Part shown: piece by piece, positions 14,701 to 25,199 of the stretch
Layout of the letters: every line of letters begins with the position of its first letter
Numbering within the stretch: the first letter of the stretch is position 1
NCBI GenBank assembly: GCA_002245135.1
Contig: NGBS01001168.1
Coordinates: 124,001-188,000, forward strand
Source of the DNA: Proteromonas lacertae
Lineage: Eukaryota
Length of the DNA stretch: 64,000 bases
Reading direction: 5' to 3'
Notes under the pieces: model-generated
Database searches by the model: none
Seen by the model: only the letters and a program-made list of their open reading frames with translations
What the model was told of the DNA's origin: nothing
Program-made: the position numbers and the translations under genes

Positions 14701-15508
14701 AAATTTACAAATCTATCGAAGTGGAGTTCAAGGTGTAAATATAATGGGAAATGTTTATATAAATTTCATTTGTTTTGGATTGATTGAAATGATCTTTTTA
14801 GTTGTTTGGTTTATTAATGATCCTTATGTTTATACTAAAACATATTCATCCAAATATTCAACATTCTTTGAGGATGTTTATTTCCCTGAATGTGCTGTAA
14901 ATGGAAATAGTTATTTGTTTGGTCAATTAGCAATCTGTTTTTACATAACATTAATAACTCCAATATTTGGATTTTTCAGTCGTCAATTATTACCAGTATT
15001 TAATGAAACAGCTAGTTTATTTTATACAACTGTAATAACATATATCTTTTTTATAAATATATATAATTATAATCCTTAATGTAATTTAATTTTAGTAGGT
15101 CTTCTTATAACAGCATTAGATTTCATAATCTCTACAGAACCAAATTCATTGATATTAATTCGTGGATTTGGAATTGAGTTTATTTGTATTTTGATAATAG
15201 GAATCTATATTGGAAGTAAAGTATATGCCACATTTACAGATCCTGATGCAGTTCAAGTAATCCTTGATGTTGCTTCTTATGTACAAAATCTATATGTTCA
15301 ATCGAATAAAGATACTAGAAGTAGAAGATCTTCCACTCAAGCAATAGTTTCAACAGCCACAGCTACTTCCACTCAATTACGAAATTCAGCAGTTAGAGAA
15401 AGAATGACAATGAGAACTCAAACTCATTTAAGACCTTCCACAACAGGTGGAGCAGCAGGAACAGCTCGATTATCAGTGAAACTTCCTCCAACTGAAAAGA
15501 AAGAATAA
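2735..15508 (+). CDS. Giant class C GPCR-like receptor (~4,050 aa) with nine tandem UrtA/AmiC-like periplasmic-binding (Venus flytrap) modules and a C-terminal 7TM
   Basis: ATG at 2735 gives signal peptide MVKAVNKGYLYFILIICASLSPSLC after removing introns 2756-2783 and 2836-2864. Sixteen introns join the + ORFs from 2834 to 15508 into one frame. Modules carry GII..., NxxGG(I/L)LG, GCxDxxCR and EGQEC motifs plus CD(W/F)-type linkers. The 7TM shows a basic loop 1 (KHRKHAIV), P..SYCNGR, and FNETA before TM6. Confidence 0.85.
3325..3436 (+). repeat. Pro/Thr-rich linker repeats (PTTA/PTEP) in the giant receptor
   Basis: QAPTTPPATTPSPSPTTAPTTAPTTPLATTEPPTEPP is encoded by ccaacaacagct/acagaacca units, directly after KKRKL. 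Confidence 0.8.
13587..13646 (+). other. U12-type (minor spliceosome) AT-AC intron, 60 nt
   Basis: The 5' site is ATATCTTTT and the branch motif is TTTCCTTAAT, with the AC acceptor about 14 nt downstream. Removing it restores the frame (SGNEN|ELAYVKY). Confidence 0.85.
15042..15095 (+). other. U12-type intron, AT-AG (54 nt); alternative AT-AA end at 15089
   Basis: The 5' site is ATATCTTTT and the branch motif is AATCCTTAAT. Phase-1 removal rejoins TM6. The nearby GT at 15032 is phase-incompatible with the AGs at 15095 and 15098. Confidence 0.72.
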
Positions 15509-15630
15509 ATTTGAATTTTATTATTATTATTTAGTAATTATATTGATTTATGTTATTTGAATTTCAAAAAGAAAATAAACAATTTCAATATTGAATATAG
15601 AATGAATAAAATGAATGTAATAATAGAATA

Positions 15631-18600
15631 TTACATCATTTCAACTTGGTTTTGACATCCTTCTCCACTAAATCCATCAAAACATTCGCAAACACCTGTT
15701 GAGTAATTACAAATACCTCTTCCACTACAATCTCGATATTCATTTCCTACTGTATTTGTTGCTTCTTCTGGATCTTCACCAGATGGACATTCAATTAAAC
15801 TACAATCATATCCACGATGTCTTTTATCACATAAACAACCATAAACTTGATTATCAAATCCAACATCTCCACTCTCATGTTTATTTCCAAATCCTTCATA
15901 ACCATTACTCAAATCTTCATTTGATAATAATTCACTCAATGGAACACATCGACCATTTCCATTACAATTATTTGGACAATCTAATCTTTGACAAGCACTT
16001 CCACTAAATCCATCATAACATTTACAAACACCTGTTGTTCTATCACATTCTCCTTGTCCACTACATTCTAATGAAGCATGAGTAGATTGTTCAGAAGAAA
16101 ATATGACGGTTAATGATGATGGAGCTAATGATCGAGTATTACTTAATAATCTTTTACTAATAACTGGTTTACTAAAAGATAATTCAAATTTATTGTTTTT
16201 ATTTACTTTTACTTTCAGTATTTGAGTTTCTATTCCATTTATTATTAATTTTGTTCCAGCAACCATTAATTTCTTAATTTCAACAGTTATTAAGGATGGA
16301 GGATAAGCGATGAAAGGAGATTCAGGATCAGCTAATTTACCAACATAAATATTATTATCATCAGCCTCATTCTCACTAATACTACCACTTCCTATTAATT
16401 GAGTTACACTTCCATCATCATTTTGAATAGTTTTTATAGTATCATCAACAATATTACCATATTTACCAAAATAATAATCATTGCCTTCTTTTCTTACTAA
16501 TTCAAATAAATCACTTGATTCAATATCAATTTCATCTCCTGTTGCTGTTGCTAATAAATAACACATATCTCCATCTGATGGTTTCTCACCTGTAAATATA
16601 AATCCTAAATCATTACCATTGTCACTTACACTAACTTCATATTCTTTCATTAGTTTATCACTATTTGGATTATAACAAACTATATTTACACTCTTTACTA
16701 AAGATATATTGAATCCAACTGATTCAAATATTTGTTTATATCCTATCCATGCTAATTTATGAGATGTAGTATCATAATTTCCACCTTCAGTAGAATCTAT
16801 TTCTAATGGATTTAATAATGTCATATCATTTCTTGTTGATTGTATTTCATTAATATTACATTCAATATCATCAATATAATATTTATCATTTTCTACTATC
16901 TCTGGTTTTTTCTCAACTGCATGATCAAATTGAATATAAGTATATTGACCTTTATTTCCTTTTACATCAACAATTCCCATTACAGGTTTTGAAGTTACTA
17001 CAGTATCTAATGATCTTCTTCTTGGTGGTTGAGTTGTAACTACTGTTTCAATATATTTGCATTGTATTTTTCCTCCTAATACTGGTAATTTAATCATTAT
17101 ATTATTATAAAAATCAGCTACTTTATATAAGTGTTTCTTATCATCAAGTGGAGTATTATCAATTATAAGTGATTCTGTAGGTGAAGCAACACTAACAACT
17201 CCTGTTGCTTCATAACCTGTTGGTATTGCTGGTGTGAATGGAATTTCTATTGTTGAATCACTTAATAATAATCTTGATTTAGATGGTGATATGATTGTTG
17301 CTTTATGATTATATCGGCTAGTTACATCTTCTTTTCTTTCTATTTCAATTAAGATAGTTTCACCAACTGATAAATATTCTAAATCATTATTCTGAATATC
17401 CTTTTCAACGATAGTTATTTTTGATTCTTCTATTTTGTTTTTATGAGTATCAAATACAAATACTGGAAGTTGACTCTTTTCATCCACAGTAACTTCAATT
17501 CCTTCACTAGGTTTTGTGTATTTACCATAATAATAGTCTTCTTCATCTTCATTCTTTAATGGATCTCCTTTTCTAATATAAGCGCCTAAATCACTATCTA
17601 ATAAATTATCTAATTCTATCTTAACAATATTATCACCATCAACTTTAGCTGCTAAATAACAAATATCATCTTTTGATGGTTTAGATTGACTATCTCCTGT
17701 TCTACTTATAGTAAATTCAATACTTTCATCAGCTGCTGCTTTATCAACAGTTACAGTATCATATATTGTCATTTTATTATTATCACTACTACCAGGAGTA
17801 TAACATGCAAAATAACCATCAAAACTCTCAGCTGTAAGTTGTCTTCCTGGCGATGGTACTTCAGTTGGTTTAAATGTCATTCCAGTGAGTATTGTACCAT
17901 ATCCTTTCCATTTTAATTTATGATTTTCTTCATCATAATTTCCTGCTTCTAATTTCATTGGATTATACATTGTGAAATCTTTTCTAATGGATGATATTCC
18001 ACTACATTTCATTGTAGTAATTTCACTACTTGAAACTTGACTAGAAAATTCAACATAACTAAACTTAACAACTATTTTAGAAGTAATTTCTACTGTTATA
18101 TATCCTTTTACATCAGCAGATACAGCTATTGTAGAATCACCACTAATATAACTACATTTCAATATTCCTCCTAATTTGTCATTCAAATTCATTATTAATT
18201 TATCAGCCAAATTATATACTTTATAAATTGTAGTTCCAGTTATTGGATTAGTTTCAGCATTAGGTGATGGATGATCTAATGGATTTGATGAATGAGTTTT
18301 GATGTATGGTAACATAATTCCATCAATTTTATCACCATCTAGTTTTATTGTTGTTGATTCAGAAATAGTTCCCTTTTCTTCACTCAACTTTCCATCACTA
18401 TGATATACATCAACATAAACAACCCTTCCATTCACTATTAATTCAGAAGACATAGAAATTGTAGCAGTTGTACCAGCTTCTATTTTTACATAGTTTGCAT
18501 CAGTAGTTTTTATTACAGCATATCCATTAACATCAACAGTATTACTAGTATATTTACCTAATTTATAACCATTTTCTGTATTAACATAATTTATTAATTC

Positions 18601-19737
18601 AGTATTTTCAATGTTAATTGGATTAACATCACCACTCATTAAGCAATAACACATTTCATCATCTTTAGGATTAGCACTACCACTAAATGTAAATACTAAA
18701 TCGCCTTTTGTATTACTTTCACTATCTGTGTATGTTGCAGTTACACCATCATAAACTGTAATACCAGAAATTGCTGCTTTATCAGTTGGTTGAGTATAAC
18801 AAGCAAATTTAAAATTAGTCTTTTCATAAATCACTTCACCTTCCAATCCTCTTCTTCTTGCTGATGGAGTTGTTGAAGGAGAAGGAGATTCTGATGGTGT
18901 ATCTGAAGGGGAAGGAGATTCTGTTGGTGTTGTTGAAGGAGAAGGAGATTCTGATGGTGTATCTGAAGGGGAAGGAGATTCTGTTGGTGTTGTTGATGGT
19001 GTTGGTTGTTCTGTTGGTTTTACTTCTAATACACCTATTTCTTTCAATATTTTACCATAATATTCCCATGATAATACTTTTTCATCAGCTAATTGTCTTG
19101 TAGAATTACTTTGTAATCTTCTAGTTTTAGATTTAATAGTAGTATTAGCATTAACATAAACCATTGTCTTTCGAATAGAAATGATTTTATCACAAGTAAT
19201 TACAGTTTTATCTTTTACTGAATCTTCAGGAAACTGAACATATGCTGTTGTTTTATTATCAAAAACACCTAATACTTCAACAATGATATTTGCAGCACCA
19301 GCTATACTACATTGAATAACACCTCCCATTTTTGGTAATGACTTTAATAACTCATCAATTCCACTCACTTTCCATACCTTATTCTCAGCTTCGGTAGAGA
19401 AAGGTTCAATCAATTTCATTGTTGAGGGAGATAACACTCGTCTATTGGTATTCACAACCTCGTCCAACTCACGATAATCAGGAGAGTAGTCACTGTTACT
19501 TACGGGATATTTACTTGAAACAGAAGCGAATGGGTTGCCTTCCATACACTTCACTAAGGAACAGTCACTTCCTGTGTAACTCTTTCTACTCCCATCAACG
19601 CCAATACTGTCGTAACAAACACAATTGTTTGAAACGCATTTACCGTGGCCACTACAACCATTTGGGCAAACACATAGTCCCATAATCACAATCATGCTAA
19701 AAGCAATGAGATAAACAGTCTTGTTTTGCTGTTTCAT
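15631..19737 (-). CDS. Secreted EGF/tenascin-type Cys-rich protein of the stramenopile Sig1/tubular-mastigoneme family, with three large internal repeats (intronless, 1368 aa)
   Basis: Signal peptide, then N-terminal CPNGCSGHGKC...YTGSDCSLVKC. The C-terminus has ECSGQGECDRTTGVCKCYDGFSGSACQRLDCPNNCNGNGRC and CPSGEDP...RDCSGRGICNYSTGVCECFDGFSGEGCQ, the Cys pattern typical of Sig/Ocm/Mas proteins. Confidence 0.75.
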   Translation of the reverse strand: MKQQNKTVYLIAFSMIVIMGLCVCPNGCSGHGKCVSNNCVCYDSIGVDGSRKSYTGSDCSLVKCMEGNPFASVSSKYPVSNSDYSPDYRELDEVVNTNRRVLSPSTMKLIEPFSTEAENKVWKVSGIDELLKSLPKMGGVIQCSIAGAANIIVEVLGVFDNKTTAYVQFPEDSVKDKTVITCDKIISIRKTMVYVNANTTIKSKTRRLQSNSTRQLADEKVLSWEYYGKILKEIGVLEVKPTEQPTPSTTPTESPSPSDTPSESPSPSTTPTESPSPSDTPSESPSPSTTPSARRRGLEGEVIYEKTNFKFACYTQPTDKAAISGITVYDGVTATYTDSESNTKGDLVFTFSGSANPKDDEMCYCLMSGDVNPINIENTELINYVNTENGYKLGKYTSNTVDVNGYAVIKTTDANYVKIEAGTTATISMSSELIVNGRVVYVDVYHSDGKLSEEKGTISESTTIKLDGDKIDGIMLPYIKTHSSNPLDHPSPNAETNPITGTTIYKVYNLADKLIMNLNDKLGGILKCSYISGDSTIAVSADVKGYITVEITSKIVVKFSYVEFSSQVSSSEITTMKCSGISSIRKDFTMYNPMKLEAGNYDEENHKLKWKGYGTILTGMTFKPTEVPSPGRQLTAESFDGYFACYTPGSSDNNKMTIYDTVTVDKAAADESIEFTISRTGDSQSKPSKDDICYLAAKVDGDNIVKIELDNLLDSDLGAYIRKGDPLKNEDEEDYYYGKYTKPSEGIEVTVDEKSQLPVFVFDTHKNKIEESKITIVEKDIQNNDLEYLSVGETILIEIERKEDVTSRYNHKATIISPSKSRLLLSDSTIEIPFTPAIPTGYEATGVVSVASPTESLIIDNTPLDDKKHLYKVADFYNNIMIKLPVLGGKIQCKYIETVVTTQPPRRRSLDTVVTSKPVMGIVDVKGNKGQYTYIQFDHAVEKKPEIVENDKYYIDDIECNINEIQSTRNDMTLLNPLEIDSTEGGNYDTTSHKLAWIGYKQIFESVGFNISLVKSVNIVCYNPNSDKLMKEYEVSVSDNGNDLGFIFTGEKPSDGDMCYLLATATGDEIDIESSDLFELVRKEGNDYYFGKYGNIVDDTIKTIQNDDGSVTQLIGSGSISENEADDNNIYVGKLADPESPFIAYPPSLITVEIKKLMVAGTKLIINGIETQILKVKVNKNNKFELSFSKPVISKRLLSNTRSLAPSSLTVIFSSEQSTHASLECSGQGECDRTTGVCKCYDGFSGSACQRLDCPNNCNGNGRCVPLSELLSNEDLSNGYEGFGNKHESGDVGFDNQVYGCLCDKRHRGYDCSLIECPSGEDPEEATNTVGNEYRDCSGRGICNYSTGVCECFDGFSGEGCQNQVEMM
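18862..19002 (-). repeat. 60-bp tandem repeat encoding PSTTPTESPSPSDTPSESPS (about 2.3 copies)
   Basis: Near-identical gaaggagattctgatggtgtatctgaaggggaaggagattctgttggtgttgttga units at about 18880 and 18940. Confidence 0.9.
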
Positions 19738-19892
19738 TTAAGAATAATTTTTGAGTGAATTATCCAATCAGAATGGAGAATAGCCAAACATGTTTGAATG
19801 TAATTTATGGTAATTTACAGATAAATATTTACATTATAATTCTTTAGTTTTAACCATCACAAACAATAAAAAAGCATTTATAATCTTAGTAA

Positions 19893-22077
19893 TTACAATA
19901 AATCATCTAATAAAGAATCTTCATCTTCTACTGTAACATTTTGAGTTGGTAATGGACTTACTACACTTGATTTTGGTTCTAACCATTTCCAAAATTCATT
20001 AACTTCCTCATCATCTACATCTACATTTGCACTTTCATTCTTACCTATTAAACCACAATTATCAAACTTCAAATCAATCCAAAACTTCACTCTATTTAAA
20101 TATTTATCTTTCCATTCTTTAATCACATTATTATATTCATTTCCTTCTTTTATATTGATACAACCATCTCTAAAACATTCTATACATTCTTTAGCTTTTC
20201 TATCATAAATTATACCACCTTCTTCTAAAAACTTAATTATCACATTCTTCATTCCCTCAATAGCTGGTTTATATAATTGATGATTAATGGATTTTATCAT
20301 CGAATTGAAATCTTCAATTGGATTCATTGTTGATACACTACTAGCAGTATATTGGAATATATTTTCATCGATTGAATCATCATTATTACTATTAGAATTG
20401 GAATTATTATTATTATTATCTCCTGCTAATTGAACATTATCAATATTTTTATCATTATCATCTTTATTCCAATACTTTGGCTTTTTATTGTTCTTATTAT
20501 GTTCAACCATCTCTAATGGAAATAATGATTTCATTTTATCAAATATATCAACTTTTCTCTTCTTTTTCATATCATTTATTAATTCATAATTTCTCAACAT
20601 ATAACTATCAAGTGGAGGAATATTACAATTTTTATCTAATGCTCGTTTTTGAAGTGCTTTATTAAATCTTTGAATTGTTGGGTTAAATGTAGTATCAGGA
20701 ATTAATATTTCACTATTTGAGTTATTGATTTTAGTTAAATCAAAGGATGTGATTAGATTTTTCATTATTTCATCTTCTTCACTAGTAACACTATTTAATG
20801 CAGTTATCATTGATGGAAATTCATATTCTCTACAATCGTCTCCAAATGGTAGTTGATTAATTAAAAACCCTTCATATATTATTTCATTGTTATTATTATA
20901 TTCAATATAAGGACTTAATACACATAATGATGGATCACCTTTACTTCTCTTCACAAATCGAACAATTATTACTCTGTCACTTTCTTTACAAGCTTCAATC
21001 AAACTACTCAAGCCAACTTGACTGTTTTCATCCATTGGAGCTGCTACAGCTATATCACATGTTGACATATAACTATATCTACTAATATTGTTTTTATTGG
21101 TAAAACCTAATACACTCATCTCTTTTTCACTTATATATTTCATATTACTTTCATCTTCAGTTGTAAAGGGAATATAATCTTTACCATATCGATATGCTTT
21201 TATTCGATATTCTTCAGTAACTTCACTATCAGGATCATCGATTGGTCGATATAATCTATCCATCTTTACATTACCACTTTCTTCATTATCTATTACACTC
21301 ATTTTCTTTAACGATGGTAATTTTTCTTCCATTGTTTTGGAATATACAAATACATTGATTGATAACATATTGTTGATTGTCAATGGACCACGGAATTTTG
21401 TTGTTTGACGAACTGTTCTTCGATTACATTCACTTAATAATTCCATCGCTTGACTGATAGCTAAGATTTCACCACCTACTTCTTTTACTAATTCTTTTAA
21501 TTTTTCTTCATTATTTTTACCTTCTATTGATTTGGTTTCTAATCCAAAGGCTACTCCAAATATTTCAAATTTACAGTTTAAATCTAGAAATAAAGATTTC
21601 ACTTCTTTTAGTTTATCACTTAATGGTGATTCTGCATCTGTTATTATAATACAACGTCTTGTATTGTTTGGATTGGTTTCTCTTTTATTCCTTTCAAACC
21701 CATTTCCAATCCACTCAATATATCACTCTATTATTATATATTCACCAATAACAATACATCAATGGCTGTTGGCATTATTCTGTTTATTAATTGGATTGTT
21801 TTCAGAGTTGGATGGCATAAAGGCCATAATATATTACTGTCACTACATGAAGATGCTGTTATTATTGATATCTCATCAGTTTTGGTGTAGAGAAGCTAGT
21901 AAGGATGAAGAATAGTCAAATTTAAATACCTTTCCTTGAACTAACATCGAAACTGCTGCTTTAGCATATTCTAGTCTACTTAAGCCAGAACCTCCACACA
22001 TGGATTTACCAACATCCAAAACTATTAATAACTCCTCCTAAACATGTAACAGAACTATATACAAAAGATCTAGGCAT
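19893..22077 (-). CDS. KU80: Ku80 (XRCC5) NHEJ protein; apparent frameshift near 21670-21690
   Basis: The vWA start MPRSF|EELLIVLDVGKSM follows micro-introns, then RRCIIITDA. The core has KAYRYGKDYIPF, LGFT, IIVRFVKR, LPFGDDCREYEFPS and NPTIQR. The Ku-PK-bind region reads NPIEDF...KAKECIECFRDGC, ending DSLLDDLL. Confidence 0.9.
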
Positions 22078-22232
22078 TGTTGATGAAGTAGCTCTGTTTT
22101 TGTGAAATTTAAAAAAATGGGTATTTTAATGAAAATATTTTGAAAAACCAAAAAATCAATAAAACAAAATAACTCTTAAAATAAACAATATTCAAGAAAA
22201 GAAATCATATTACCATAAGAATAAAAATGTAA

Positions 22233-22461
22233 TTATTTAGTTGAATTTATATGAATAATGAAATATTGGTATAGGCAGAAAATAAAACCACTTACAACAG
22301 CAAAATAGATTTTATGTGTTGTCTATTGCATTATATCAATAATTATAATGTATACATTAAATAAAATACCAAAGCATAAGCCAATGGCAAATCCTTTCAA
22401 AAATACTTCAAAATAGTTAGCATTAATTAAAGGACTTGGACTATAGCATTGTCTTTCAACA

Positions 22462-22501
<40 letters not shown>

Positions 22502-23525
22502 ATGAATACATGTAGTTCTATGAAATGGTTTTTTCAAATCATAATCATTCTTCTTATTTTCACCATTATTCACATTTTCTTTCATTATTTCCCAACACTC
22601 TTTATAAGCTGTATAGTGTAAACCATGTCCTTGATTCTTCAATATATGTGGTTCAACATCTATAAATATACAATATATAACATATAACATATATACGTAA
22701 TGCTTTTCCAATTATTATACTATTCTTATAACTATATACTCTATCACAATCTCCAGCTATAACTGCTTTTGGAAATGGTGTGCTTGATAATATCTGCTGT
22801 TGTTGCTGTGATACATAATGTCTATATCCAGCATAAAAACTCATGAATGTTCCTCTTATGGATGATGCAGCTATTAATGATCTTGAATCATCTTTATCTT
22901 GGGATATTTGAATTAATTGCTCTTTAGATGCACAATTATAACTATATTTGTTAAATATCAATATATTTATAAATACAATGCTCTCATTGAATGATAAAAT
23001 TGCTGATCAGCGTCTCGAATAATACAACTCATTATTAAATGATATAATCCAATCATTCTTGGAAAACCGTATATTCCTCCAAATGAAGTGCACATTAAAG
23101 TACAGGAAAGTACTCGATATGGGTACAATAAACAAAATTGTTGACACACCATTCCTCCTTGAGAAACACCACCAATGTGAACTTTTTGCCAACCAAGAAA
23201 ATCTATTAATTGCATCATATCTGTTGCCATAGTCTGAGTTGAATGATACATTAAAACTGCATCAGAACTCTGATCAACACCTCTCGGACTAAATACGCAT
23301 ATCTAGAAGAACATATTTTCAATAATACTTGATATTCATTATTTGAGTTACTTAACATATTATTTACCTATAACATATTTCAATTACAAACCATACAAAG
23401 AATTTCCACCTTAAAAGAGATCCTAGTAGCCCACAGTGTAGAACAATTTTTATTGGTCCTGTTCCATGTATTTGATAGTGAAGATAACCTTCAGGGTTGT
23501 AGAGAGGAGCAAAACCTTCTTCCAT
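22233..23525 (-). CDS. Alpha/beta-hydrolase with C-terminal hydrophobic segments
   Basis: Spliced MEEGFAPLYNPEGYLHYQIHGTGP..., then SPRG, the nucleophile elbow GVSQGG, IAGDCD and QGHGL (catalytic His). Multiple micro-introns. Confidence 0.8.
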
Positions 23526-23598
23526 CAATCAAACCAGAATTCAAGTTTTTCATATTAAACCTTCAAAATTTAAAATCAAAGATGTATAAAGAATTATA

Positions 23599-25199
23599 TT
23601 ATAATGTTACAACCAAATCTCTACTTATACCTGTGCCTTCTTCTTTGGCTGTGACTTTCAAAATACCATTCACATCTAAAGTGTAAACCACTTCTACTAC
23701 TGCTTTTCCTTTTGGTGCAGGTGTAATACCATCCAATTTAAAGAATCCTAAAACCTCGTTATCCTTTTGCATTTCAGAATCTCCTTCAAATATTTTCACA
23801 TCTACATAAGTCTGATTATCAGTAAATGTACTAAATTTTTGCGACATTGCACAAGGAATTCTTTGATTTTTATCGATAATGTTAACCACTTTATCATCAA
23901 TTGTATCAGTTGATAAAGCATGACAAGTAATATCATTAATCTTCAAGTTAATCAAATTATTGTTATTAGCGACTATGCAAGCACCCATTGCAACTACTTC
24001 ATCCACATTTATATCTTTCAATAATGGAACTCTTGGAAAATTAATTCTTAATAAATCTTGTATTGCTAAAATTCTGGAAGTTCCACCTACTAATACAATT
24101 CCATCAATATCTTCATTTATATTTAATTTAGATTCTTCTAATACTTTCTCAGTTATGTTTATAGTTCTTCTATATAAATCTTGATTTAATTCTGTTAATA
24201 AAGCTCTTGATAAATTCAAATTTACTTCAGTATCTTCCAGAAATTCACAATCCACTGTTGTATTATTTTCTTCAGTCAATAACATCTTACTTTTTTCACA
24301 TTCTCTTTTTAAACAGATTAATTTCTTTTTCATACTTGGATCATATAAATCAATACCACATATCTCTTTATATTGATCAGCATAATACTTTACTATATTA
24401 TTATCAATATCTCTTCCACCTAAATGATTATCAGCCTCCTGTTGCTAGTACAGTAATTTCTATTGGATGAGTTGTCATCCTTACTACACTTATATCAAAT
24501 GTACCACCACCAAAATCATATATTAAATATGTATATGATTTATCATCGCCTACTATTACTATTGTTGTTGTTATGTGTAAGTTCATATATTTTGTTATTA
24601 CAATAAGCAATGGCTGCTGCTGTTGGTTCATTGATAATACGTAATACTTCCTAGATTTGCTTTCTCAGCTGCTGTTATTGTCTTTTTTCTTTGGACTATT
24701 ATGGAAATAAGCTGGAACTGTAATAACTGCTTTTGTTTTCTTGTTTGCATCATTTCCAGCAAAGATATCTCCAATCTTTTTGAGGTATTTTAGAATTTCA
24801 CATGATATATCTTCTGGATCTAACTGAATATTAGAGTTGTTATGTTTTATTAGGAATTTTTATTTTATCTCCATCTTCTATAACTTCAAAAGTCCAATTT
24901 TTCTTTTCTTCATCTTTCAAGTGACTATAAGGTTTAGCTAACATTCTTTTAGAATCATAAATAGTATTCTGAATGTTATTCTTTTGATTCTCTCTAGCTG
25001 CCTCACCTACAACCACTTCATTATCTGTTTTAGAATAATATACATAAGATGGGACAGTTTTATCACCCTTACTAGAAGGACAAGCATCAAATCTGTAACT
25101 AGTGGTTTCACCTTCACTACCTTGTACTCTTATTATTTTCATAACATAAACACATGAATTGGTTGTACCTAGATCTATTCCAAGCATTACATCATTCAT
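23599..25199 (-). pseudogene. HSP70: Divergent intronless Hsp70 lacking the C-terminal lid; five +1 frameshifts (pseudogene or assembly errors)
   Basis: Motifs GIDLGTTNSCV, TVPSYV, NTIYDSKR, KAVITVPAYF, LRIINEPTAAA, YDFGGGTFDIS, DNHLGGRDID, VLVGGTSRI and TFTDNQ...IFEG are spread over shifting frames. The protein ends at GISRDLVVTL* with no EEVD. Confidence 0.85.

Noticed and set aside
22466..22499. (TA)n, (TAT)n and (CAA)n runs here and at about 29815, 34545, 42135 and 52545 as CRISPR or structured repeats
   Set aside because: Simple microsatellites inside introns or poly-Q/N tracts, with no repeat-spacer structure.
24430..24860. Euplotes-style programmed +1 frameshifting at stop codons
   Set aside because: Conserved residues place at least two shifts (PAYFHNS/QR and NL/EVLR) well upstream of the next stop. 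There is no shared slippery codon, and both G and C doublets occur.
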